NCBI GenBank assembly: GCA_017624275.1
Contig: JAGANG010000048.1
Location: 199-64,198 of the forward strand
Length of the DNA stretch: 64,000 bases
Direction of reading: 5' to 3'
From: Spirochaetales bacterium
GTDB lineage: Bacteria; Spirochaetota; GWE2-31-10
Part shown: positions 55,281-64,000 of the stretch, in pieces
Layout of the letters: the number at the start of each line of letters is the position of its first letter
How positions within the stretch are numbered: position 1 is the stretch's first letter
Translations under genes and position numbers: made by a program
Notes under the pieces: generated by a model
What the model was told of the DNA's origin: nothing
What the model saw: the letters and a program-made list of their open reading frames with translations, nothing else
Database searches by the model: none

Positions 55281-56843
55281 TTACTGATTAAACTCTGAAG
55301 GCTTTTCTAAACAGTTATGCGATTTATCTGTATAATCATTAATAATTTTAAATGTTACTATGAATATTATAAAGCTCATAAATAAATAACATCTACTGCC
55401 GCTTGCATAAACGGTCGGCGAAAAAGCGACTATAAGAGCCGAACAGTATCCGGCACAGAATAGAAAAACATTAAAAAGACCGGCTTTCTTTTCTTTCATT
55501 ACAGAATAAATTTGATATAAGAAACAAAATCCGACAGCTGTCAAAATTATGCATTCAAACAAAATTGCAACATTTGAATGGTTTGAAAATTTTGCAAGTT
55601 GGTTATTTGAAAGAATGAAATCTTTTTTCAAGATATGCAAAGCAAAGCAAAATACAATAAAAAGATTTAATAAGATTTGCATGATAAAATTAGACTTGCT
55701 TTTCTTATAAAAAAGAATCGTTAAAACTATACAAAGCGGAACAATAATAAAATTCATTTCCTTTAATGAAAAATAATAACTCAAAATTGTAAGAAGTCCA
55801 ATTTGGCATTTTTCAAAAATTGAAAGAGTCGAATATCCCGGAAACCATGTTGTAATTTCTTTCGAGAAGCGGATTTTATTTCCCGGACAAGAAAGAATAA
55901 AAATAAGTGACACGATACAAATAAAAATAACAGCTATAAAGTAAAAGTTATTTTTTTGAAAGTTGCGATTTTTTAACAAATTGAAAATCAAGAACGAAAC
56001 ATTCAACCCAAATATTAAAGCTGCGACTTGTTCTTGGTTTGTTGCAAAAATCAAAAGTAAAAGAGAAAGAATAACACTCATTTTTGACAGAGCTTTTTTT
56101 TCAAATATTTTCTTTTCAACCACAAACGTCGGCATTGCGGCTGCAACCGGCCATAAATAATTTACGGTAGTAGCTCCCCAGCCTGCTGTACATAAAGAAA
56201 AATAAGGAGTCAAAAACAAAATAACCGCATAAACAACTGCTGCATATTTTTTATCATTCAAACAAATTGAAACTATACTTTCTGCAATTACGACAAAAAC
56301 TACAACATCAAGAACACGCCAAAGTCCGAAATTCAACCAATAACAATTAATAAGAATCGTTTCTATAACCAAACGAGAAGACCAAGTATTGTAGCGGTCT
56401 TTTAAAAAATCTAAAAATGTTCTTCCTTCTAATGCATGACTAAAATAATTTACATCATCTCCACCTTGTACAAGGCAAAAATGAATCACACAAATAATAA
56501 GCGTAAAGAAAAACAACGGAATATAATGCATCCATTCTTCGTTTGAAATCTTACTTATTTTATTTGAAAAATATGTGAAAATATCTGTCTTTGCATCTAA
56601 AAGATTTTCCCAAAGTTTTGTCAAAAGATAAAACGCCAATACAAAGCCATAAAAAGCAATATTGAGGCTTATCAAAGTGTTGTTCCAATGTTCATGATCA
56701 AGCTCTCTGCTGATTTTTTTCTCAACAAATGAAATAATAAAATTTCTGATTTGCGGAACAAAAACAATAAGAAGGCAAAATGCAGCAATCAGACACAGGC
56801 ATTTCATGATTTTTATCAAAATTCTATTTTTTTCTTCTTTCAT
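55281..56843 (-). CDS. Polytopic membrane protein (12 or more TM; possibly a glycosyltransferase/polymerase-like, DUF6056-type protein)
   Basis: 520 aa, hydrophobic throughout. The loop GGDDVNYFSHALEGRTFLDFLKDRYNTWSSRLVIE resembles DUF6056-type proteins. The family call is from memory only. Confidence 0.5.
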   Translation of the reverse strand: MKEEKNRILIKIMKCLCLIAAFCLLIVFVPQIRNFIISFVEKKISRELDHEHWNNTLISLNIAFYGFVLAFYLLTKLWENLLDAKTDIFTYFSNKISKISNEEWMHYIPLFFFTLIICVIHFCLVQGGDDVNYFSHALEGRTFLDFLKDRYNTWSSRLVIETILINCYWLNFGLWRVLDVVVFVVIAESIVSICLNDKKYAAVVYAVILFLTPYFSLCTAGWGATTVNYLWPVAAAMPTFVVEKKIFEKKALSKMSVILSLLLLIFATNQEQVAALIFGLNVSFLIFNLLKNRNFQKNNFYFIAVIFICIVSLIFILSCPGNKIRFSKEITTWFPGYSTLSIFEKCQIGLLTILSYYFSLKEMNFIIVPLCIVLTILFYKKSKSNFIMQILLNLFIVFCFALHILKKDFILSNNQLAKFSNHSNVAILFECIILTAVGFCFLYQIYSVMKEKKAGLFNVFLFCAGYCSALIVAFSPTVYASGSRCYLFMSFIIFIVTFKIINDYTDKSHNCLEKPSEFNQ

Positions 56844-56911
56844 ATTTCTCCTCTTTTCACGGCATAGAAAAGTTATTTTTTATTTCAATATAGATTTGTC
56901 AAAAATAGTTC

Positions 56912-56958
56912 ATAAAATAAAAACTGAAGACCTTTCTGTAGAAAGAGAACTTCAGTTT
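56912..56958 (-). terminator. Rho-independent terminator after the 139-aa membrane-protein gene
   Basis: AAACTGAAG/CTTCAGTTT outer stem with an inner CTTTCT/AGAAAG stem. On the minus strand it is followed by TTTTATTTT. Confidence 0.6.
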
Positions 56959-56998
56959 CTTAATTAAATAATAAGATAAATTTAAATAATAAAAGAAA

Positions 56999-57418
56999 TT
57001 ACTTGTTGTTCTGCGGAAGTAAAATCGCCAAAATCAAAAGTTCTGTCACCAAAGCCAAAAGCCATTCTGACATATCGCCTTTGATTTGAACGCCGTTATT
57101 AAACTTCATTCCCCATACGATTTTTGTCAAAACAATCTGAATTACCCAGCAAATTGTAATTGCAAGTGTTCCCATTGACAAAATATTTGACGGAATGACA
57201 CCGAAACACCACAAAATCAAAAAGATTCCGCAAACCATGTTTACCACTGCAAACACTGTTGGAAGCCAATCAAAATCTCCCGGTGCTTTAAACTCAAACA
57301 TTCCCAAATCACCTTTGATGATTCCTAACCCGATAATTCCGAGCATGAGGAAAAATATTCCGGTCATCAAGCGAATGATTGAAAAAGAAGATGCTTTAGA
57401 CATAAAAAGTCCCTCCAT
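56999..57418 (-). CDS. Small 4-TM membrane protein (hypothetical)
   Basis: 139 aa with four hydrophobic segments. It starts 3 nt after the HAD-gene stop. Confidence 0.55.
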   Translation of the reverse strand: MEGLFMSKASSFSIIRLMTGIFFLMLGIIGLGIIKGDLGMFEFKAPGDFDWLPTVFAVVNMVCGIFLILWCFGVIPSNILSMGTLAITICWVIQIVLTKIVWGMKFNNGVQIKGDMSEWLLALVTELLILAILLPQNNK

Positions 57419-57421
57419 AAA

Positions 57422-58045
57422 TTATTGTATAAAGCTTTTTACTGTTTTCCAGTATTTTTTGTCAACCAAGTGAAAACTTTTGACCAGTCGGGAAAAAGGA
57501 TAGTCGCTCATGCTGTCAGAAAATCCCACTGATTCGGCTTTGTTTATTTCATTTTCCGAAAGCTTTTCCGAAATGCGTCGAATCTTTTCTTGTCCTTTAC
57601 AATTTTGCCCGACAATTTTCCATTTGCCGTCACAGTTTTGTGCTTGTGTTCCAAAAAAGTAATCAACTTCAAAATATTCTGCCAAATAGCGAAAATAAAC
57701 TTCCGGCGACGCAGTAGCAAATATAACTGTATAACCGGAATCTTTGTATTGTTTGATTTTTTCTTCTACACCCGGTTTTAAATCCGGGATAATACGCTCT
57801 TTCACAAATTTTTCAGAAAGTTCGGCAATTTCTTCTTCCGCCAAACCATCGGCAAGAGAAAGCCATTTTTCTTTATAACGAGTCAATTTTTCCGGTTTAC
57901 CGATTGCCGTGAATCCACCGAGAACCAATCCGGGAATTTTTAACCATTTGCTTTTATTTTTTTTCAAAACCAAAGCAATCCATTTTAAAAAACTGTCATA
58001 GGGAATAAGAGTTTTGTCTATATCAAATAAAGCTATCTTTTTCAT
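57422..58045 (-). CDS. HAD-IB family hydrolase (phosphoserine-phosphatase-like)
   Basis: 207 aa. Motif I FDIDKTL, motif II ATAS, and a C-terminal GFSDSMSD (motif IV-like). Confidence 0.78.
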   Translation of the reverse strand: MKKIALFDIDKTLIPYDSFLKWIALVLKKNKSKWLKIPGLVLGGFTAIGKPEKLTRYKEKWLSLADGLAEEEIAELSEKFVKERIIPDLKPGVEEKIKQYKDSGYTVIFATASPEVYFRYLAEYFEVDYFFGTQAQNCDGKWKIVGQNCKGQEKIRRISEKLSENEINKAESVGFSDSMSDYPFSRLVKSFHLVDKKYWKTVKSFIQ

Positions 58046-58142
58046 GTCGGGGAGAATAAACTTTTTTTACTGAATGAGTCAATACTGAAAAAAAACATAA
58101 AATAGGATAGATTTTTTTTATTTTTCTAAATATAACGAAATT

Positions 58143-58976
58143 ATGAAGAAAATAATGTTTATACTAATTTTAGTAATGTCATTTTTTACATTACACGGTC
58201 AGAAGAAACAAATTGAAATCACAATGGTAGATATTGTTCCCGGCAAGGATCGATATTATTTTGAACTGGTTAAACGCAGCTTGGAGAACTGCGGATACGA
58301 AGTCAAATTGAATATTAAAACCGATATACCGATTTTGCGGGTGGATGAATATTTAGTGACTTCAAAAATCGATGCTCACTTTTTTATGGACAATGTAGCC
58401 CGCCGAAAAAGATTTCCTAATTTTGCAAACGTAGGACTTACAAACGGTCTTATCGGGAAACGGGTTCTTCTTATTCCGAAAGGTCGTGCAAATATTTACG
58501 AAAATGTTCAAACTTTGGATGATTTCAGAAAATTGAACAAAATCGGGGCATTCGGAGAAGGTTGGAGTGACGTAAAAATTTGGAAACAAAATAATCTGAA
58601 ATATTATGAGAAAAGCGGTGATTATCGTTTGATTTTTGATATGTTAAAATCACAACGCCGTAATATCGATTATTTTTCACGAGGCGTGATGGAAATTATC
58701 AGCGAAGCTCAATTGTATCCAGACCTTGATATAGAACCGCACATGCTTTTTGTTTACAATAATCTCGATTTCAAATTATTCTTTTCTCCTAAATCCGTAG
58801 AAATGAAAAATATTGTTGAAAAAGCTATATTGGAAGCAAAAAAATCAGGTCTTATCGATCAATTGTTGAAAGAATTTTATCCGCAAATTTACAGCAGTAC
58901 TGATGGTTTAAATCTTTCTAACAGAGTAGAATTGCAACTTGATGTACCGGAAGAAATTCTTCCTAAAAATAAGTAG
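58143..58976 (+). CDS. Secreted substrate-binding-protein-like protein (PBP type 3-like, hypothetical)
   Basis: 277 aa with a signal peptide. The two-lobe SBP-like pattern gives only a weak call. Confidence 0.5.
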   Translation: MKKIMFILILVMSFFTLHGQKKQIEITMVDIVPGKDRYYFELVKRSLENCGYEVKLNIKTDIPILRVDEYLVTSKIDAHFFMDNVARRKRFPNFANVGLTNGLIGKRVLLIPKGRANIYENVQTLDDFRKLNKIGAFGEGWSDVKIWKQNNLKYYEKSGDYRLIFDMLKSQRRNIDYFSRGVMEIISEAQLYPDLDIEPHMLFVYNNLDFKLFFSPKSVEMKNIVEKAILEAKKSGLIDQLLKEFYPQIYSSTDGLNLSNRVELQLDVPEEILPKNK

Positions 58977-59016
58977 TATTTTTATTTGATTAAACAATTT
59001 TTTTTTAATATCAAAT

Positions 59017-59059
59017 GGACTGTCCGCTAAAGTTTAGGCTTTGGCGACAGTCCTTTTTT
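59017..59059 (+). terminator. Rho-independent terminator with shared stem GGACTGTC/GACAGTCC
   Basis: GGACTGTCCGC pairs with GGCGACAGTCC, and TTTTTT follows. Confidence 0.7.
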
Positions 59060-59080
59060 ATTATTTTTTAGGCGGTGTTT

Positions 59081-60334
59081 ATGAATATTGATTTATTACG
59101 CAGTAAATTAAAAGAACGTTTTTGTCGTTACGCTCAAATTTGGACTACAAGTGACAGCTCTTTTGCCGATAAAGGTACGATTCCGTCAACAGAATGCCAA
59201 TTTGAACTTGCAAAATTACTTGTAGAAGAATTAAAAAATATAGGCGTAAACAATGCAGAACTCACTCCGGACGGCTATGTATTCGCATCCATAAATGCAA
59301 ATTGCGACTGTTCAATTGAAAATTCTGTCTTATTTTGTGCCCACATGGATACAAGCGAAGAAGTTTCCGGTAATAATGTAAATCCGCAAATTCATGAAAA
59401 TTATGACGGAACTCCTATTTATTTACAAGACCAAGTTATTTTATCTGCCGAACAAGACTCGCAACTCGCCGCCTGTGCTAATGTCGCAGATACAATAATA
59501 ACTTCAGACGGAACAACTCTTTTGGGTGCCGATGACAAAGCCGGAATTGCGGCGATTATGACTGCAATCGAATATTTACTTTCTAATCCGGAAATTCCTC
59601 ATTGCAAAATAGAGTTGCTTTTTAATCCTGACGAAGAAACCGGTCACGGAATGGATAAAGTTCCTATGGATAAAATAACTTCAAAAATTGGTTATACGGT
59701 AGACGGCGGCGACGCTTCCGAAATAGAAGCTGAATGTTTTAATGCTTATTGTGTTTCCGTAGATTTTATGGGAATAGCTATGCATTTCGGTTATGCCAGA
59801 GGAAAAATGCAAAATGCCGTAACGATGGCGTCAAATTTTATTCAAATGCTGCCGCGTAACGAAAGCCCGGAAACTACAGACGGTTATGAAGGCTATTATT
59901 GCGTAAGTAACATTACCGGCAATGTAGAAACTACTCATATTGACGTAATGTTGCGAGATTTTACAACCGACGGAATGGAACGGCGAATTGCTGCGATAAA
60001 AACATTTGCACAATGTATAGAAAATCAATTTCCCGGCGGCAAAGTTATTCTAAATATTCGTAAGCAATATTCTAATATGAAAGAAGAAATCGATCGTTCG
60101 CCGCTGGTTTTGGAAAAATTGAATCAGGCTGTAAAAAATGCCGGTGGTAATGCAAAACTTTCTCCGATTCGCGGCGGAACCGATGGCTCTCGATTAACCG
60201 AAATGGGAATCCCGACACCGAATATTTTTACCGGCGGACATAATTTCCATTCTCGACGTGAGTGGCTGTCTTTAAATCAATTGGAATTATCATGTAAAAC
60301 ATTAATAGAACTGGCAAAATTATATGCAAAATAA
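59081..60334 (+). CDS. pepT: Peptidase T (tripeptide aminopeptidase, M20B)
   Basis: N-terminal LKERFCRYAQIWTTSD, AHMDT, GADDKAGIAAIM, DEETG, and a C-terminal GGTDGS. ATG 59081 is preferred to GTG 59075. Confidence 0.9.
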   Translation: MNIDLLRSKLKERFCRYAQIWTTSDSSFADKGTIPSTECQFELAKLLVEELKNIGVNNAELTPDGYVFASINANCDCSIENSVLFCAHMDTSEEVSGNNVNPQIHENYDGTPIYLQDQVILSAEQDSQLAACANVADTIITSDGTTLLGADDKAGIAAIMTAIEYLLSNPEIPHCKIELLFNPDEETGHGMDKVPMDKITSKIGYTVDGGDASEIEAECFNAYCVSVDFMGIAMHFGYARGKMQNAVTMASNFIQMLPRNESPETTDGYEGYYCVSNITGNVETTHIDVMLRDFTTDGMERRIAAIKTFAQCIENQFPGGKVILNIRKQYSNMKEEIDRSPLVLEKLNQAVKNAGGNAKLSPIRGGTDGSRLTEMGIPTPNIFTGGHNFHSRREWLSLNQLELSCKTLIELAKLYAK

Positions 60335-60335
60335 A

Positions 60336-60366
60336 AGCAATAGTGTTATATATTGCTGATTTTTTG
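60336..60366 (+). terminator. Possible terminator after pepT
   Basis: AGCAATA/TATTGCT stem with an 8-nt loop, followed by GATTTTTT. Confidence 0.5.
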
Positions 60367-60380
60367 AAACGGAGTAAAAA

Positions 60381-61454
60381 ATGAAAGTTGTTGTTGGTCT
60401 ATCCGGCGGTGTTGATTCTACCGTTACTGCAATGTTGTTAAAGGAAGCCGGTCATGAAGTTATCGGAATAACAATGAAAATTTGGAAAGAAGGACGATAC
60501 AAAGGCGGAACAAAAGACGCATGTTTAAGTCCTCGTGAAAGTGAAGATGTAGCAAAAACAAAACTTCTTTGCGAATCTCTCGGAATTCCTCATTATGATT
60601 TTGATTGCTCCGATGAATATGAAAAAGTCGTAATTGAAAATTTTAAACAAGAATATCTTTCCGGTAACACGCCAAATCCTTGTGTCCGCTGTAACAGCTT
60701 TTTAAAATTCGGAGTATTGCCGAATCTTGCAAGAAAATCAGGATTGGAATTTGATAAATTTGCTACCGGACATTACGCACGAATAGAACAAAATGAAGCC
60801 GGACGATATATTCTGTCTGTCGCCGCCGATAAAACAAAAGATCAATCATATTTTCTTTATAGATTAAATCAGCAACAACTGGGTTCTTTGATGTTACCTT
60901 TGGGAAATCTTACAAAAGCCGACGTGCGAGAATATGCTCGAAAAGCAGAATTGGCCGTAAGTGACAAACCGGACAGTCAAGATTTTTACAGCGGCGACCA
61001 CAACGAGCTACTCGAAACGCCCGACAGAGAGGGAAATATCGTAGATTTATCCGGGAAAGTTCTGGGGAAACACAAAGGTTTTTGGCATTACACTATCGGT
61101 CAACGAAGAGGCTTGGGTATCGGAGCCGGCAGCCCGTTGTATGTAGTAGAACTGAATGCTTGTCGCAATGAAGTAGTTGTCGGAAGTGTAACCGACACAA
61201 TTCGTCATAAAATCAAAATCAATTCATGCAATTGGGTATCAATCGAAGAACCGCAAAATTCATTGGAAGTTTCGGTAAAAGTTCGTTCGGCATCAAAACC
61301 GATTCCCGCAATATTAAAACCTGCCGGAAACAATATTTTTGAAATAGAATTTCCGGACGGAGTATCTGCTGCGGCTGCCGGACAGTCTGCGGTAATTTAC
61401 GACGGAGACTTATTACTCGGCGGCGGTATTATCAGTATTCCGGAAAAGGATTAA
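60381..61454 (+). CDS. mnmA: tRNA 2-thiouridine(34) synthase
   Basis: 357 aa. PP-loop VGLSGGVDSTV, NPCVRCN, and DQSYFLY. Confidence 0.93.
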   Translation: MKVVVGLSGGVDSTVTAMLLKEAGHEVIGITMKIWKEGRYKGGTKDACLSPRESEDVAKTKLLCESLGIPHYDFDCSDEYEKVVIENFKQEYLSGNTPNPCVRCNSFLKFGVLPNLARKSGLEFDKFATGHYARIEQNEAGRYILSVAADKTKDQSYFLYRLNQQQLGSLMLPLGNLTKADVREYARKAELAVSDKPDSQDFYSGDHNELLETPDREGNIVDLSGKVLGKHKGFWHYTIGQRRGLGIGAGSPLYVVELNACRNEVVVGSVTDTIRHKIKINSCNWVSIEEPQNSLEVSVKVRSASKPIPAILKPAGNNIFEIEFPDGVSAAAAGQSAVIYDGDLLLGGGIISIPEKD

Positions 61455-61494
61455 AATCCGACCGGTTTTTGTATGAATAATTGACATAAAATAT

Positions 61495-61515
61495 TGAAAA
61501 TGATAATCATTCTCA
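61495..61515. promoter_or_regulatory. Fur/Zur-box-like palindromic operator overlapping the zur promoter
   Basis: TGAAAATGATAATCATTCTCA is a 21-nt palindrome (9 of 10 arm positions pair). Its core, AATGATAATCATT, is the classic Fur-box core. A perfect TTGACA lies at 61481-61486. Confidence 0.65.
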
Positions 61516-61518
61516 ATT

Positions 61519-61932
61519 ATGAGAAGTAATACAAAAGCACGTGAAGCAATTTTAAATCTTTTACAAAGTAACACCAATCGCCAATTTACCGTAGAAGACA
61601 TCGCCAATGAAGTGATTCTTAACGGAATAAGAATTCCGACGGCGACTATTTATCGAACGCTTGTTTTTTTTGAAGAACAAAAATTGATAAATAAATTTGT
61701 TGTACCGGGAGAAAATCGAGCTTGTTACCAAGGGATTCCCAAAGGGCGAGATTGCAGTAAGCATTATCATTTAAAATGTAATACCTGCGGAAAACTGATT
61801 CATCTTGATTGTGAAATAATGGCAACATTTACAACTCATATGGAAAATGAACACGGCTTTGCAATAGATTTGGAAAGAACACTACTTTACGGAATTTGTG
61901 TTGACTGTAAGATTTTGGGAGCCGGTAAATGA
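61519..61932 (+). CDS. zur: Fur-family metalloregulator, probably Zur
   Basis: 137 aa. Winged-helix N-terminus, HYHLKC, and two CxxC pairs (CNTCGK and CVDC). It heads a znuACB-like operon. Confidence 0.75.
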   Translation: MRSNTKAREAILNLLQSNTNRQFTVEDIANEVILNGIRIPTATIYRTLVFFEEQKLINKFVVPGENRACYQGIPKGRDCSKHYHLKCNTCGKLIHLDCEIMATFTTHMENEHGFAIDLERTLLYGICVDCKILGAGK

Positions 61933-62909
61933 TAAAAAAAGTTTTTCCGTTTTTTTTATGTTTGATAATGTTTGTTGCCTGCAATAAAAAAGATTCGTCG
62001 ACTGCAACAACTAAATTTTCTGTGGTTACTACAAACTTTATGTGTTACGACTTAGCTCGTGCCGTTTGCGGAAATGGTAACGCCCAGAAAAATAAAATTT
62101 TCTCCGGGATGTTGCCGACATCGACAGATTTACAAATGATTTTAAAGCCGGGGACAGACCTTCATTCTTTCGACCCGTCACCTAAAGATATTATCGCTAT
62201 TGAAAATGCCGATATTTTTATCTTCACCGGCGGAGAAAGTGATGAATGGGTAAAAAAATTATTAAAAACTTTAAAAAATCCACCAACCAAAGTTTTCAGC
62301 CTGATTGAAAATTTAGATTTAACTAACGATAAACACGAAAATTGTACAACTGAACATCAACACGAGGAAAAACATCATCATGAAAATGATGAACACGTGT
62401 GGACTTCACCTGCAAATACTTTAAAACTGATAGATTTATTAGAAACCGCATTGAGCGAGTGCAATCCTGCAAACAAAGAAAATTATCACACCAATGCCGG
62501 TATTTACAAAAATGAAATAGAAAATGCCGGAAATGCAATCAGAAATGTTTTAGCTACAAAACAAAAACCTTTGATTGTAATGGGAGACAGATTTCCTCTG
62601 CAATATTTCGCACAAGAATTTAATATAAAATATTACGCAGCATTTGCCGGATGCAGTTCGGCTGTGGAAGCAAGTCCCGCAACTATTGCAAAATTGGTAG
62701 ATATTATAAAAGAAGAAAATCTGCCGGCTGTTTTTACTATAGAATTGAGTAATCGCCGAATTGCAAAAACAATTGCCGAAAGTACCGGAGTAAAAGTCCT
62801 CGAATTGAATGCTGCTCATAATCTTACACAAATGCAATTTGATGCAGAAATGACTTATATTGATACTCTTTATGCAAACGCAAATGCATTAGATGCCGGC
62901 TTGCGATAA
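61929..62909 (+). CDS. znuA: Metal ABC transporter substrate-binding lipoprotein (ZnuA/TroA cluster A-I) with a His-rich loop
   Basis: 326 aa. Lipobox FVAC. His/acid-rich loop TEHQHEEKHHHENDEH. DEHVWTSP motif. Its ATG overlaps the zur stop. Confidence 0.85.
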   Translation: MIKKVFPFFLCLIMFVACNKKDSSTATTKFSVVTTNFMCYDLARAVCGNGNAQKNKIFSGMLPTSTDLQMILKPGTDLHSFDPSPKDIIAIENADIFIFTGGESDEWVKKLLKTLKNPPTKVFSLIENLDLTNDKHENCTTEHQHEEKHHHENDEHVWTSPANTLKLIDLLETALSECNPANKENYHTNAGIYKNEIENAGNAIRNVLATKQKPLIVMGDRFPLQYFAQEFNIKYYAAFAGCSSAVEASPATIAKLVDIIKEENLPAVFTIELSNRRIAKTIAESTGVKVLELNAAHNLTQMQFDAEMTYIDTLYANANALDAGLR

Positions 62910-62921
62910 AAAGGATTTTGT

Positions 62922-63695
62922 ATGGAAAATAAAGAATTAATTTCATGTCGAAATGTTTGTGTAAATTACGGGTCTCTGGTAGCAGTGGATAATATTTCAT
63001 TTTCGCTTAATAAAGGAGACTACCTTTGCATTGTAGGTGCAAACGGTTCCGGGAAATCGACTTTAGTTAAAGCTATTTTAGGACTTTGCAAACCTGCTGA
63101 CGGTGAAATTGTAAAATCTTGCAAAGGTATCGGATATTTAGGACAGCAAAATGTGATTCAACGGGATTTTCCCGCAACTGTTCGTGAGGTTGTAATATCC
63201 GGATGTTTACCGCAAAATATTTTACCTCTTTATTCTAAAGCTGAAAAAAAACGAGCCAAAGAGGAAATCTATAAATTGGGCTTGGAGAAACTGACAAAAA
63301 AATCATTTAAAGAACTTTCAGGCGGACAAATGCAACGCGTTCTTTTGGCTCGTGCGTTTTGTGCTGCAACGGAGCTTTTGATTTTAGATGAACCGGTAAA
63401 CGGACTTGATCCGATTGTTACCGACGAACTTTACTCTATTGTTCGCAATCGTAATCGAGAAGAGAAGCTTACCGTGATGATGGTTTCCCATGATATTCAT
63501 CGAGCAGTTCAGAATGCCACTCATATATTACACATGAATAATCAAGCAATGTTTTTCGGGACTGCGGAAGATTATAAAAAAACACCTTTGTATAATGAAA
63601 TGACTACGGTAGAAACTTGTTCTACTCATGCATGCACGCACTGCGGAAGTGATTGTACCGCAAGCCATATTCGAGTAGGAGTGTATCATTCATGA
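62922..63695 (+). CDS. znuC: Metal ABC transporter ATP-binding protein with a Cys/His-rich C-terminal tail
   Basis: Walker A GANGSGKST, signature LSGGQMQR, Walker B LLILDEP. The tail is ETCSTHACTHCGSDCTASHIRVGVYHS. Confidence 0.9.
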   Translation: MENKELISCRNVCVNYGSLVAVDNISFSLNKGDYLCIVGANGSGKSTLVKAILGLCKPADGEIVKSCKGIGYLGQQNVIQRDFPATVREVVISGCLPQNILPLYSKAEKKRAKEEIYKLGLEKLTKKSFKELSGGQMQRVLLARAFCAATELLILDEPVNGLDPIVTDELYSIVRNRNREEKLTVMMVSHDIHRAVQNATHILHMNNQAMFFGTAEDYKKTPLYNEMTTVETCSTHACTHCGSDCTASHIRVGVYHS

Positions 63696-64000
63696 TTAAA
63701 ATTTTATCATTATTTTCATACGACTTTATTTTACGTGCTTTAATTGCCGGTTCTTTGGTAGCATTATGTTCTGCATTATTGGGAGTAATCCTTGTATTAA
63801 AGCGTTATTCGATGATCGGCGACGGATTAAGCCATGTAGGATTCGGAGCTATTGCTATTGCCATGACATTAAATGTAACTCCTTTAGTTGTATCTTTACC
63901 GGTGTCGTTGGCTGCTGCATTTTTTTTATTACGTATCAGCTCAAAAGATTCCGGTATAAAAGGTGATGCGGCAATTGCATTGATTTCTACAAGTGCATTA
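63692..64000 (+). CDS. znuB: Metal ABC transporter permease (ABC-3 family), 5' part; runs off the window
   Basis: Not in the ORF track because it is open at the window edge. My translation from ATG 63692 (ATGA overlap with znuC) gives MIKILSLFSYDFILRALIAGSLVALCSALLGVILVLKRYSMIGDGLSHVGFGAIAIA..., typical of ZnuB/TroC-type permeases. Confidence 0.85.
   Translation, partial: MIKILSLFSYDFILRALIAGSLVALCSALLGVILVLKRYSMIGDGLSHVGFGAIAIAMTLNVTPLVVSLPVSLAAAFFLLRISSKDSGIKGDAAIALISTSAL

Noticed and set aside
1-64000. CRISPR arrays, transposases/IS elements, prophage genes, toxin-antitoxin pairs and known defence systems (RM, CBASS, retron, DGR reverse transcriptase).
   Set aside because: I scanned the ORF translations and the intergenic repeats. 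I saw no regularly spaced direct repeats, no DDE or serine/tyrosine recombinase, no reverse transcriptase, and no nuclease/ATPase pairs typical of defence islands. RadC here is the full-length housekeeping type.

Overview
This 64-kb window is a gene-dense, AT-rich chromosomal segment (roughly one-third G+C by eye). I call about 56 protein-coding genes, one tRNA-Asn(GTT), and no rRNA, CRISPR array, transposase, integrase or phage genes. My inference is a Treponema-like spirochaete. It rests on loose lipoboxes (ISC, FSC, SSC), acpP directly followed by rnc, a SUMF1/FGE-domain lipoprotein and a HAMP-linked class III cyclase; it is not proven. Most of the window is housekeeping: pbpC, thrC, proC, hisA, hisF, leuA, radC, a DEAD-box helicase, ndk, exbB-exbD-tonB, secG, tpiA, aroK, acpP, rnc, ispG, pepT, mnmA and a zur-znuACB operon. 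Five regions deserve a second look. (1) 29.9-34.3 kb holds a translationally coupled ACP / ketosynthase / KS-partner / adenylating-enzyme / degenerate hydrolase-like module attached to tpiA-secG. It resembles a minimal type-II-PKS or aryl-polyene-like lipid module with no KR, DH, ER, AT or PPTase genes beside it. (2) 29.5-29.8 kb holds a stand-alone gene for a 113-aa protein whose last 93 residues are about 77% Asp/Glu with regularly spaced Tyr/Phe. It lies between that module and exbB-exbD-tonB. (3) 48.9-55.3 kb is a lipoprotein island: an FGE-family lipoprotein with a terminator-like leader, a beta-helix-like lipoprotein, and two divergent paralogues whose 5' and 3' ends are nearly nucleotide-identical. 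The paralogues flank a B12-binding radical SAM gene, and one of them is frameshifted. (4) A lipoprotein alpha-2-macroglobulin with an intact CLEQ thioester is coupled to pbpC and preceded by an orphan NeuB-like gene. (5) Three terminator hairpins share the stem GGACTGTC/GACAGTCC. All functional calls come from motifs read in the supplied translations; no database search was run.
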